This document shows, one piece after another, positions 1 through 12,189 of a DNA stretch of 64,000 nucleotides; position 1 is the stretch's first letter, and each line of letters begins with the position of its first letter. A program made the position numbers and the translations under genes. Where the stretch lies: positions 1 through 64,000 of the forward strand of contig RSEE01000064.1 of NCBI GenBank assembly GCA_003971905.1, given 5' to 3'. Source of the stretch: Moniliella sp. 'wahieum' (taxonomy: Eukaryota). A model generated the notes under the pieces. That model made no database searches, was not told the origin of the DNA, and saw only the letters and a list, made by a program, of their open reading frames with translations.

Positions 1-64
1 AATGCCTCGTCATTAATTCGTGACGCGCATGAATGGATTAACGAGACTCCCACTGTCTCTATCT
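1..64 (+). pseudogene. Isolated fragment of eukaryotic LSU (25S/28S) rRNA, helix 71 region; may extend upstream of the window
   Basis: AATGCCTCGTCATTAATTCGTGACGCGCATGAATGGATTAACGAGACTCCCACTGTCTCTATCT closely matches the conserved eukaryotic LSU segment AATGCCTCGTCATCTAATTAGTGACGCGCATGAATGGATTAACGAGATTCCCACTGTCCCTATCT. Similarity stops at about 64. Confidence 0.85.
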
Positions 65-128
65 GGTGAGGTCCATCGAGGTTCTGATTGAGAAGTATAG
101 CATGGTCAGGACCCCGGATTGATATGAT

Positions 129-156
129 TCCCCCTCTCTCTTCGGAGAGAGGGGGG
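129..156 (+). other. Stem-loop with cUUCGg tetraloop
   Basis: CCCCCTCTCTC-TTCG-GAGAGAGGGGG, an 11-bp perfect stem (130-140 pairs with 145-155). Confidence 0.7.
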
Positions 157-1140
157 CTTTATGCCGATGAGAGCTAACCCTACTGACCCATCCGACAATT
201 TCGCAATGAAAAAAGAATGGCACAGAAAAGTGAATTTCACACGTGATCCCCTCCTCCTTCCAGCTCTGCTGTGTCTCCTTACGGAACCCCTTGTAAGGTT
301 CCTACTTGTGGATATACTGACTTTCTTCCGGTTTGTGCGCACTCGTGGACCCAGCGCACCACCCAAGCAAGCACACACATTGGCTGGCGAGCCCAGCCGC
401 GCCCCTATTGCACCCCCACCCCACCCCGCACGCCCCGCCACTGGCAATCCCGCTGTCGTTGTCTTGCGTCTGGTGCATCCGCACTCCGGACTCGACCACT
501 GTTTGTCTTTCCTTCCTTCCGAAAGGCTCTCTACCAGGCGCCGTCCATGTGCAGTCAAACCGTTCGGGCACGCTTCTGTTACCCAACCCCCACAGACCTA
601 ATACCCACCAAACGAAGAGCCCACGATCACCTGAGGGAACAAATATATTCTAGACGCTCTAGCTCAGGTGCAATGCAGCACACCATCAACGGCATGCCCT
701 CTGGTCTTCTGTAGAACCTTTTACCGCTGTATAGTAGTGCTAGTAGGAACAGTACTCTTCATTGTTGGTATTCGGAGAGAGGAGGTGGTGGAGTTTGAAT
801 GGCAAGAAACTTAATAGGCTGGCCCTATCGGGACGACAGTCGGGCGAGGGACAGGGAGAGAGGGGGGCAAGGAATATGTGAGTGGACAAGTGACAAGGTT
901 GACGGATATCAGGGAGTGGTACCTCAATTCATTGGTAAACCCACGAGGCTATTGTAGTCTCCGTTGGCCTGGTGCCCCGCTAGTCATCAAGCGTTGTCAC
1001 CGGCTCTTGAGTAGTCGGCGCAACGAGTCCTACAGCAATCCGGAAGGCTTCGCTCAGAATGTTATTGTACTCCGTATGCTGCACGATCCTCTCTGGGTCG
1101 TGAACCTGAACCTTGCGCCAGGTTTTAGTGAGAGTCTAGA

Positions 1141-1727
1141 TCACGTTCGCCAGTGGTGGGGGGGAACAGCAAACAGGGGAATGGGCCCCCGCATGCCCGT
1201 GAGCGTGCCTTCTGTCAACCTGCTGCGGAACTTGTCCACGATTTTTTCGTAGAACCCACGCATCCCCTGCTCCATGCCAACCTGGGACACGCACTGAGTG
1301 GTGATACCAATCGAATACCTCCAATCCGCATTGTTCTTCTCCACACAGTGTTGAAGCATTGGACCGCATAGACGTGCCAGATGGATTTATCTCCGTTGTC
1401 CTGGGCGGTAGGGGAGACGTCGTTCTTGTGACGATTATTCGCGTCCGCTAACCAGGCCTGGACGTGACTGGAAACGGGGGAAGAGTCAATGGTCCACAAT
1501 GCATCAATGCGATTGAGGGCTATGCGAGGTACCAGCCTCTGGCCAATAAACTTCTTTGGGCGATGAAGCCAGGCGGCGGAGGTAGCCAATAATCGCCGCC
1601 AGCGTGTCCTCGTCCCCCCCACTGGAGGGTGCAGGTGCTGGGAGGGCAGTGGGTCAGGGGGCAGTCTGGAGAGAGCCACAGAGCGCTCTGCTCTGGGCAG
1701 TGATGCTCTCTTGGCTAGGGTCGCTCA
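1141..1727 (-). CDS. Hypothetical protein (frameshifted, boundaries uncertain)
   Basis: TATA-like ATATATA at about 1810 on the minus strand and an ATG (MSDPSQES...) at about 1727. Protein-like segments occur in ORFs 1215..1679 and 1141..1359. No family recognised. Confidence 0.3.
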
Positions 1728-3038
1728 TTGCGTTGAATGTGGCAGCGGCTGCGAGGGCACGGGCGGTGGGGGTGGGAAAACGTGCTGTGGAGAAGAGAGA
1801 GGGCGGTATATATATGCACCGACAGGACAAGGGCCATTGGATCCTCTGAGCCATGTGGCAGCCAATAGGGCACTCTATCATCGCTTGGCGCACGTTGGTC
1901 CTCTCAAAGCGGCTTAATCGCCTGTGTGGAGGGGGGACATACAAGCGAGAGTACTCCGGCCAGCGGCGTCAAGCAACAGAGGAGCCTCGTCCGCGGGCGC
2001 ATTAGCGAGCGGGGTGTTGTGTAGCGATCGATCCAGAAGCGAGAGTGGTGCAGAGCGAGCCAAGGGCCCCACGCGAAGCCCATGAGGGGTGTGCTACTGA
2101 AGATGCCCGGCGAAAAGCCGATGGAAGCCGAAGGAGAAGGCCCGGATAACTTTAGGGTCACATGGAAGTACCGAGAGTGACCATCGGTCTGGCTCGAGGG
2201 GAAGTGGTGCCGATTGCAGAGACAAGGCGGGAGGGAATGCGACCCCCCCGCCCACTGGTACAAACAAAGGAAGACGCAGGGCTACGGATCGAGCAGGTCA
2301 GCATCGCATAGCGCCTGTCTATATTGGGAGTTGAAGCTATTCTCGTCATGTCACAACAGGTGATGCGCGGAGGTTAGGTCGCTCAAGGTAACAGTCTGGC
2401 CCATCTCGTTCCAATCATCATCGTGGCCGTCAGGCCCAACAACTACTGTCGCCCGCTCCCGTGGAGGGGAAGACGATGAAAACAGAGATGCCCACGATTC
2501 GACATGTGAGCTCACCACAAACACGGTCCCCTTCAATCTGTTCAAACAAAACGAACCCCAGTTCCGATCCGTCTGGATCGACCCCACACCGCAAGAAAAG
2601 CTTCCCGTGTGGAAATGATAAGACACAAGGGACATGGAAACGTAGTACAATAATGATCCTGCTCTAGCGGCGGTAGGGCAAGCCGCGTAAGTGTGCAGGT
2701 GGCCGATCACCGAGCTGAGCAGGCCCGACAGGACGCCACCAGAAGGCAGATTGGCTAGCGGTGCAGGAGTTGATGCGGCTGGCAAATGCAGATGAGCCAG
2801 CAGAGCGGGAAGCCCGGATACCGGCCTCGGCCACGCCGAGGGAGAGGGCCAAGCGGACGATATAAAACCGGGTTGTGACACGCGGCAGCCATCACGTGAC
2901 TGATCTGTGCGTGCCGGGGCCATCCCAGCAGCACCCCGGACCCCGCGGGTTGCCTAGACTGCGGCTGTGGCGCTTCGCTCGTTCCCCTTCCCCCACCAAC
3001 AGCAACAGTAGCCAACCCACCCTAGGGTGCTTCCTTGC

Positions 3039-4118
3039 ATGCCCCGCCGCGCCACCTCCGTCTCCTCAAGCAGCGGCTACCCCTAACCGCCACCAGCGAC
3101 GCCACTGAGCATGGCGTTGTGGCAGCAAGCACTGCTGCTGATGCTGCAAGCGCTCCGTTCCTCCTCGCTAAGATGCTGGCGTCGCCCATCCGCTCTTCGT
3201 CTCCTGGGGCATGCTCGCGTACTGGGCAGCGTGTCTTCTCACCTGGGCCATGGCACGGGGGCGCCTACCTCTCCCCGCCTCCGCCGCTTCGCGTGCGGTG
3301 GGAACTCGTCCCGGACGGTGTGCGGTCCTGGCCGGACCCCGGCGTGTTCCGCTTCCTCCCGAGGTACGCCGCGACGCGCGCGCAGACGTGGGGCGGGTGT
3401 GCCGTGTGGGGTACGAGAGTGTGGAAGAGTCAAAGGCTGAGGTGTTTGAGTGCCACCTGCGGTGGATGCAGAAGGCCAATGCGGCATTTGCTCGGGGCGC
3501 GCCCGTAGAGGAACGCGTGCCACTCTATGTCAAGGCCGACTTGTTCTACACTGACCACCCCAGCCCCGAGGTTCAGAGGAAAATGCAGCAAACTATCCAG
3601 TTTCTCCTTGATTCCACGTGCCGTGTACCCCCCCGCCCCCGGCCCCCAGCCCGGGTCAGGCGGCGGTGAAACTGACTCGGCATGCGACCTATCCGAGCGG
3701 CATCTTCAGCCTATTGCCGCAAGACCAATCCGAGGGCTACATCCAGATCCAGATCGACGCCAACGCTCTCCTGCCCGAGACGCACAAGAGCTTGAGCCTT
3801 GTCTACGATTACCAAACCGTCCGTGTCTTTTCGCACGAGGAGTGGGAGCGCCTGCAATCCCTCGCGGCCATTGCCAACGACCCGGCCCATACCACGCCCG
3901 CCCAGCGCGCCGCGGCCTATACCGCCTTGGGGGGGGCGGCGGGACACGCACTGCTTGCTTCGGCATTGTGGGATCCAGCCTGCGACGCCCGCCGTGCGCG
4001 GCTTGTATGGGCCGCTATTGCCACAGTCGTTGCGGCAGCAGTGGCGGCCGGGCTGCGCACAGCTCTCGCTCCTGCTCCCACTCTAACTCCCACTCCCACT
4101 CCCACTCCGGCGCGCTAG
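3039..4118 (+). CDS. Hypothetical protein with C-terminal hydrophobic segment and PT repeat (frameshifted)
   Basis: TATAAAA at about 2861. ORFs 3211..3669 and 3618..4118 read as globular protein ending LVWAAIATVVAAAVAAGL...TPTPTPTP. Confidence 0.4.
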
Positions 4119-5123
4119 TTAGTTTGGCATGAGATCTGTGGCGGACCCTACTGGGGCCTCATTGCGCCTCCCCTCACGCATGCAGTGGACATTTCTGTTC
4201 CGGCGCCTGGCAACCTTGCCCTCCTCAGATAGACTACATCATTTTGCTGGTTGCTTTGCTTCGCTTTGCTTTGCGTTGATCTGACATGTTGGATTTGCTT
4301 GGTTGTGGCGTGGGGTGAAGCCACAATGGAGGAGAGAGGCAGAGCGGGCAACGAGACCGGCGCGTCTGTGCGCCTCACCCGAAAGACGGGATGTGATCGC
4401 CAAGGTGAGAGCTGGGATGACGACAAGGGGGGTTAGCGGGGGCGGCAGGAGTACTAGGAGCCCCAGGGGGGGGGAGCAGGAGAGGGGGGGATCGGCGGCA
4501 GTGGAACGAGCGGAAGTAGAGTCGTGGGCGTAAGGGCAGCCGCAGCACACGAGGTTGTCTGACGATACGAAACGGCAGTACCCCGGCCAGCGGGACAAAA
4601 AGCAGGTGGGAATGGTCAGAGAGTACGCGTACTCATGCGTACAGACGGGTGGGTCGAGGCAAGGTAGCGGGCGTGTGGGGCACGATCAAATACACCCACG
4701 CTGCGGCCGATCGGTGCATTGTCATGGCAAGTGCTATTCGCCTGCTGCGGTGTTCCGCCACTGCCGGCGCCTGGGCCCCGCACTCGGCCTTAAGCGCAAC
4801 CGCCGCCGATTGGCTGCTCCCCGCTCCCCATCGACCCCAGCCGAGCATCCCAGCGGCACGATGGCCAGCGTCCAGGCCACGCTCCTCCACCCACTCCACC
4901 CAGGCCCCCCGCACTTGTCTCTCGCTCGCCCGTAACTCTACAGCGGGATGAGCGGCCTCTTGGGGACGCCAACAGCACCCACTCGAACCGCGCCCCCATT
5001 GGTGTCCCACCTCCACGCCGATCTGGGTCCACATCGATTCGCAACACACCATCATTTGCGTCACGGCCCAAGTTGCGATCCAGAACAAGGCGGGGATTGA
5101 TCCCCTAGCAAGCCGTTTGTTCT

Positions 5124-6124
5124 TCACTGTGCGTTCGACCAGCAGGAACAGACGGTGTTGGATTCCCTGCTTGACAAGGAGACGCGCCATGCTACTTCCT
5201 TCCCCTGGGGTGGGATGCACATCATTTCAATATGTGGACAGGCAAAGCCCCTTTGTTTCAACGTGGATTTGGGAGAGAAACAGCTGACAAGGTCATGGCG
5301 GCCCAGATCCAAGACCAGATGGGGTGGGCTCCGCTGACGACGAGGCGGGCTGCTGATTTCCAGAGGTGGCAAGTCGTCGGCTGGGCCTGGACCATACAGG
5401 GGCGAGGCGTTGCGGGAGCCAGGGTGGTGACTGCTCGTCGCGCTGCCTGGTCGCTTCTGCTGGCTCCATGCGCGGGGGAAGAAGAGTGGGTGGCAGCTGG
5501 GCACGCGGTGGGGCGCAGCAAGGGCCTCGTCGCTGGCGTGCTGTACACTTGCGGGCTCCCTCCACATCCTGGCACCGCAGCGGCACGTCATAAAGGCAAG
5601 TGTGCACTGCTTCAAAGAGGCAGTCCTGTGTTGGAGCCAGTGGGCCACGTCGCCCATGTACGCTTTGGCATCGGACACATGCCGAGTGAGAGCATCGCGC
5701 ACATCTTGCTGCGAGGCAAGGATGATCATGTCGCCCTGCTTGTTGGGCCCACGAGCAGCGCGGCCGGCTGCCTGGATCAAGTCCAGTCCGGTAAATGGCA
5801 CGCCGAGCCAGATGACCATACAGTCGCCCAAGCCCTTTTGCGCCAACTGACTGACTGTAACGAGCAGGACACGCGTGCCGGCCGGAGCGGGTTGGCTTCG
5901 GGAGCGCCGCCGTGCCATGTCCGGATGGGCAGGTCGTACCGCCGCAAGCGGTTCTCAAAGTAACCCGGTGTTACGCTCCTGTTTTCGCTCTTCCTCGACT
6001 TGCTTCTCGCTTGCAGCCGTCGGTTGAACCATTGCACACGGGATACATCCTCCGCTCGCGAGTCACTAGTCACTGTCGCTCCCTGGCCCGCATTCTCCGA
6101 ACCCGATTGCAGCCTGCGCGGCAC
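5124..6124 (-). pseudogene. Degenerate RecQ-like / telomere-linked helicase C-terminal fragment
   Basis: TWHGG...RVLLVTVSQLAQKGLGDCMVIWLGVPFTGLDLIQAAGRAARGPNKQGDMIIL resembles SF2 motifs V-VI of RecQ type (VIHxGxPxSxxDYxQExGRAGR), followed by Cys-rich sequence. No motif I/II seen. Confidence 0.55.
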
Positions 6125-6568
6125 AGTTCCATCCCACAGTCCTTAACAACCTTCCTGAGGCGCGATGTGCGTCGAATTGTTGCCACATCACCCACCAGTG
6201 CCTTGCCCGATTCGTAGATGTGAAAGCTAGACCCTAGAGTTGCGCCGGCGTGTTCACCCCTGTCCCACTGCTTGTTCTGTCCTCGGGGTTATACAGTCGA
6301 TAAAGCTAACATTTAGGTGAAGAGGCGCGGATAACAGTAGGTGAGGAGGGAGCGACCGTACCAATATGCTTTGGTGGGGTTTTGCGCTTCTGTGGCTAGG
6401 TGTTGCATTCCTGTGGCGCAGCTGAGAAGTTAATCGCCTCCAGGCTCGAGCACACACAAGAGCATGATATGAGAGGGGAGAGTGAGGAAGGGAGCACTTG
6501 ACGACCTGAGAGTCGGAACGGAGTTGGGACGACGACCTCTGATAGGGTAACTGCAAGCTCAACTCACA

Positions 6569-9389
6569 ATGACTGTGATTCGCCACCACCACCGCCACCA
6601 ACAACAACAACAACAACAACGCCACAAGCAAAACAAAGGCCTAGACATCATGTCGACTCCTCGCTCGAGCGAGCCCAAGGAAACAGATGAAGAACGGACC
6701 AACAAACTTTCCAAAGGCTCGGACCTTCCGTCCACGCCGGATGCCATCGACTCTCTTCGGCCTCTCACAATTGATAGCATAACACCAACAAACCACGCGA
6801 CGTACAAGAATACTACCCCGTTTTCGTTTACAAAGGCAGTCGAGGACGACAACGAGAATGGGATTGAAACAGAGTCACTCTTGGAAAACGCGCTCTATCA
6901 CAACGACCCACTGCTGAGTCCACATGATGAACCATCTGTGACACGACTTGCGACGAACGAAAACCGGGGATCGGATCAGTGGGGTGAAGGCGCCAACAAT
7001 GGAGATCAAAACGACATAGACGAAGAGAAGGTTCCAGACTTGGCTGATGCGCGTGTGCGTGCAATCGTGCCTAACGAAGACGAACCAGATATGCCATTCA
7101 ACACGATCCGCACTTGGCTGCTTTCCATGCTGCTGGCCCTCGGCCTCACCACCGCCCTCTTTGCTATGGACACCCGAGGAACCTCGGTCGACCCACAGCT
7201 CTTTGTGTCTACAAGTGCGGTGTTGATACAACCATTTACCTACTGTTTGGGTTTTGCGCTATCGAAAATACCGTACCCATCCCAGTGGCCCCTGGCTTGG
7301 TTCATCAACCCGGGCCCTTTCAACCTCAAGGAACATACGTGCGTCCCAACTTCCGGGAACTTGAAGTGGCAGTGAAACAGACCTCTGGCTAACACAAGTG
7401 ATTGTTTCGCCCAGGATATGCACCATCGTCGCTGCGGTTGCCATGGGCCCCAACCTCACCTTACAATACTTAGTCGGACTGGCTGACTCGGCTAGTGGTG
7501 GCGTAAACCCTAGTGCATTCCCACCGGCTTCCTCTTTCTCATCTATATCTCTCGACCCCATTATTTGGGTTTGCCTTGGCCGGTCTTGTCACACGTCTTC
7601 TAGTTTGGCCTGGTGAGCTGATTTATCCTCAGCAGCTTCAGACGAGTGCAATGCTGACGGCCTTACACGGGGTTCGGCGTGGCAACTGGAACCGTCGCCT
7701 CGTTTTCTGGGTTGTGGCAACGGTCATATTCGTCTGGCACTGGATCCCGCTATTTTTCTATCCCCTATCGCAAGGTTCGAGTGGCCGACGTGGATTGCTC
7801 CGTCCAACTTTGTGGTCAATCTATTGTTTCATGGAAAGGGTGGCCTGGGCTGGTCTTTTTGGTGCCTAGACTGGACTGGAGTAATCTCAGCGTTGAGTTC
7901 ACCCTTGATCGTCCCATGGGGCGCGCTGGTCAACGTATTTGTGGGTTCGTCGTTGCCATGTGGATCATTGCCCTGCCGATTTTTTTCACCAACCGGAACC
8001 TAGCGGCCTGCCTTCCCTATGGCCTTATCGACGTGTATTGGGACCCCCGCTGAACACCACACACATGTATTACAACCCCGTGCCCCAAGACATGTATCTA
8101 GATCCTCCTCAATTTGATTCACCCGACCCACCCCAGGGATACTTTTCCGCCACAATCGTCATGACCTGGGCGTTTTCCTATGCCGCATGGACGGATTGCT
8201 CGTGCACACTCCGCTTTTCCATGGCGGCGACCTACGCCGCTGGTGGAAAGTGTCCAAAGTGGCTGATTCGCCTGACCCCACTCCAGCCAACTCGCCCGCT
8301 ACCCGGCTGTTCCCACCTGGTGGTACCTGTGCTTGCTATTGGTTGCCTTTGTCTTTGCCATCCCCATGGTGCACGTGTACGACACTTCGGTACCGGTTTG
8401 GGCGATTGTGCTTGCCCTGGCGCTGGCTGCAATCTTCATTGTTCCAGTGGGCATGGTGGTGGGCCGGACATCGGTGGAACTCAAGTGTGTGGAGCACTTG
8501 GCGACATTAATTGCTGGTGCTTCTCTACCTGGGCACACGACCATCCTTCGCTCTTTCAAATATGCTGCACGGGCACCATCCAGCAGGCGATGCTCTACTG
8601 TGGATGCTCCAAGTTGGCCGTCTACTTTAAGATCCCACCACGGAGCACCTTATTTGTACTCGTGGGAACCCAATGGTCTGCTCAGTGTTGCAAAGTGGAC
8701 TCTGGGTAGGGTGGAGTTCCGATACGCTCAAGGTCAGCTCCACAGCCAAACTGCGGATTACAGGGTTGTACGACCCCATGTATTGGACTGGCGTCGGGCT
8801 TCACAAGAACGGCTTTCTGCACCAATACCAGTGGACTCTGTACTTTTTTCTTATTGGTGCAGTCGCGCCACTTCTCTTATACCTTGCCGGACGGGTTTCG
8901 CCCCAGTTGAATCGCTTTGCTCACCTCCGCTCGATTCATTCGCCGCTCTTCTTTGGGGGTGTATCGCAAATCGCACTTTTTGCAGCGGTTGGCTGGACCT
9001 CCTGGTTTTCTGGGGGACTGTCACTCACCTACTGTTCTCCGTCGTCGGCAGTTGAATTATTGGATTGCGTACGTCCACTACTCTATGTTCCCTTTGTATT
9101 GTTCACGGGATGCATGAGGCTAACTCTCTTCTCTAACAAAATCGCTTGGTTGGTTGTCGATAGGATGAATTACATTCTCTCCGCCGCTGCTGTGGGAAGT
9201 TCGCTTTGTCTAGGCATCATCGCGGCCATGGAGTATGGTACAGAGGGTACTCACTCCAGCTTTACCCGCTTCCTCCATCACCTGAACAAACTTGGGCCCC
9301 AGAACGACTACGGCGATACCGTGGAGAAAGTTCTGGTCTGGAACGACACGTTTTTTCCCAACAGGACAGTGCCTTCTACCGCGTCCTAG
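6569..9389 (+). CDS. OPT-family oligopeptide transporter (introns and frameshifts)
   Basis: DEPDMPFNTIRTW, WFINPGPFNLKEH, KLAVYFKIPPRS and many TM segments. Intron at about 7339-7414 (GTGCGT..GCTAAC..CCAG) and a second intron starting at about 9070. Confidence 0.9.
6583..6620 (+). repeat. (CCA)/(CAA) microsatellite encoding poly-H/Q
   Basis: caccaccaccgccaccaacaacaacaacaacaacaac. Confidence 0.8.
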
Positions 9390-11339
9390 TTGTCCCCTCA
9401 CCAATCCAGCCAGAGACCGTCGGCAGCGCATCGCAGCGTCAACTACGGAATCCCTTTCCCCCTGTCTTTTTTTCTATCTGCCCACATCCAATCGCGATGG
9501 CATATCAGGTTTGTTCTCTCATCTGTCTCTCTGTGCGTTCATCTCTCTTCTTTGTTGGGCATCCAGGCTCAGTTAGTGCATGTACCCAACCCCCCTGCCT
9601 CTGCCTCTGCGTTGCCCCGTTTTCGTTTTTGTTAGGTGGGTGTCGGGATCAGACCCACCTGTGGTCACCGATGGTTACCCGGTTACCAGATTGACTGGAC
9701 AGTGTTTGTTCTAGACCCTGTTTCCCCCTTTGGTCTATACTCCCCTTTGTTTTCTCCGTGTGAATCAGCTCACTTGTCCTCCTCTTCTCCGAGGGATATA
9801 TACCTCGCTCCCAACATGCCACTCGATGAATATGATCTCTATCCTTTCCCCATCTCCATCTCCTGTGTTAAGTAGTGTGGGGGGGCATATTTCTAACCCT
9901 AGTGCCATACGCACGTGACCGTGCATCTTAAGGGTTGGCACATCACATTTGGTCTGGCCTGCAACAGCCGCCTGCTCCCTTTGCCCATCACCACCGCCAC
10001 CCCGTATGCCAACTCATTCTTCCGGCCAGCACTTTCAGCATGTGGTTGGGCCGGCTGACTGTGGATGGACGCGACCAATGTGGGACCATTCCAGGTATCG
10101 TGGGTGTACAACTCGCGCTCCATTCGCTGTATCCGGGGCTCAATCCCCTCTCCTCGAAACAAGCGAGTGGAAGATGACATGCCGAGTGCCAGCTTACTCA
10201 TCGGGTGAACGCATGTACTGTATGGAGTAAGTCCCCACTACTGCACCGCTTGCTCGTCACTAGTCACTGACTTTCCCATTTGAAGAAAGGATGCGCCTTA
10301 TGGGATACACCTGTCCCATCTACTCCGTTACGAAACAGCCCTGGGTACGGGCTTGGCGACTACGCCTGGGCAAGAACGGTTGATTGACGATGATGCGCCC
10401 TCGACAATGCGCGCGTGCGGGCATACGGCAATGGTCTTCCAACAAGCACCGACTGGAGGCAAGAAGTGTGGCCTGTGCCGCATCCCGGGCCACCGACGTG
10501 ACCAGCGCCAAGACTTGGTTGATGCGTCGATCCGGTCGATTGCTCGGAAGAAATGAGTACACCCTGCGCAGGTTGAATGCAGCCCCGAGGACGTCGTGGC
10601 GAACGGGTCGGAGTGAATTGGAACGGTAGCGGCAGCGGCAGCTTTTGATACGCCCCGGGCAAGCGCGCGTGGTTCATCCGGAAGGAAGTCTTATCATGTT
10701 TACTCCTCCTCCGAATCGGTGGGGAGCCTTTTGGCGGTGGTCAAGACGTCAGCGACAGGCGCGGTCGTGGTCGCGGGACATCAATGGAGCCTGTGCGTCG
10801 GTCAACGCGAAAGGCAGCGCACAACGCTGTCTTTGCGCACAGGGTTGCTGTGCGGGGGGGAGGCCTTGCTCCCCTTGCCCAGTGGATCTGACGAAGGGTT
10901 GACGTCGGGTGAGGATGATGAAGACGGAGGGGGACAGGATGGGGGCGGATCGGAGGGCGAGCAGGCCAGCTCGGGGAGGGGCCTGCTGCAGGCGGCTTCC
11001 GGTCCATCGTCCCCTGCCTGACCCGCGGCGGAGATTCTTGACAAGGCAAAGAACACAGGCCATGTTCGCCAACGTGGCCTCGGACTCCATGCTAGCGGGG
11101 ATGCCCTTGTGGAACATCTCTTACTAGTCCATATCAACACCCGCTGACCAACTCAACCCTCGGTGTTATTGTCTCGCCATTGTCGCTCGCCCGCCTATCC
11201 ACCAGCCCCCGCGGAGAAACAGCCTCCTTCAAGAATCGATACACATGGCTCAGTGTCGACCAACCCCTCAGTGCTTCATCCCTTGCCGCCTCATGTATCT
11301 GCATTGTTCGCTTACGTGTCTTGAGTTCTCCGAGGCCTA

Positions 11340-11470
11340 GCATCGTTCAATATCTGCGCTCGAAAGACGGGAGACAGAGTTGGTGATGGTGCTGTTGGCC
11401 TTACGACCCGAGATCTTGGGCAGCGACTTAAGGAGACCGTTGGCATCCACCTCAAAGGTGGTAAGCAGCC
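11340..11470 (-). pseudogene. Short fragment of an SSB-type Hsp70 (substrate-binding domain)
   Basis: LLTTFEVDANGLLK...SGRKANSTITNSVSRLSSADIER. The TITNSVxRLSS signature is SSB-like, whereas the SSA gene in this window reads [12 protein letters not shown]. Confidence 0.75.
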
Positions 11471-12189
11471 GCGCGACAATAGTCGCCCCCCGCCCGTGAC
11501 ACTGAGCTAAGTCCCCCGGGAAATGGTGTTCAAAAGTTTTCCACCCAAGTTGGGCGCGTGGGTGCGACCGACATGACTGCCACTCCAGGCCAACCCCCAC
11601 CCCCCACCCCTCGTGTACCCGGAGAGCGTCGGATGGGACGGGAGCGGTACTACTGCAAAGCGACGGCCCAGGACTACCCTCTGAGCTAGTGCCCGGCAGC
11701 TGGTCCGGGTGAGCTGTTGGGGTCTGGACCGAAACTGCGCACCGCTTGCTCGCCCATCTACTTCCTCTCTCTCTCCTGTCTCCTTCCCTTCAGACGTTGC
11801 TCCAAGACTTGTGGCGCACTCTTTTGCCTTCTTCTTGCAGCTGATGCATTGGATCGCGAGTGCCCCCAAGTCCCAGTTGCTATATAGCTAGCAGGGTTGC
11901 CGGCTATGCACCAGTTGACGAGTTGCCGATGAGACACCTTTTTACTGGTTACCGGTTGCCCCGCAACGCCACATGTCTGACATGCATGACAGTGTGAGAT
12001 GTGACATGTGACACGTTATGTCCAGGGTTTTGCGGCTGCGGTGAGGGTGCGCAGCGGGGGGGGCTCACCGTCCATGTGTTGAGCTCAACGCTCAACACGC
12101 CCAACTCGTTCAACTCAATCGCAGCCCCCCCCCCCGACCCGCTCGCTAGGGGATCTAGCCACACTACCACCTCATCACTCGCAACACCG

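Noticed and set aside
65..195. U3 or C/D snoRNA, or hammerhead ribozyme
   Set aside because: Only partial box-like words (GATGA, CTGA) are present. There is no complete box set or CUGAUGA..GAAA core.
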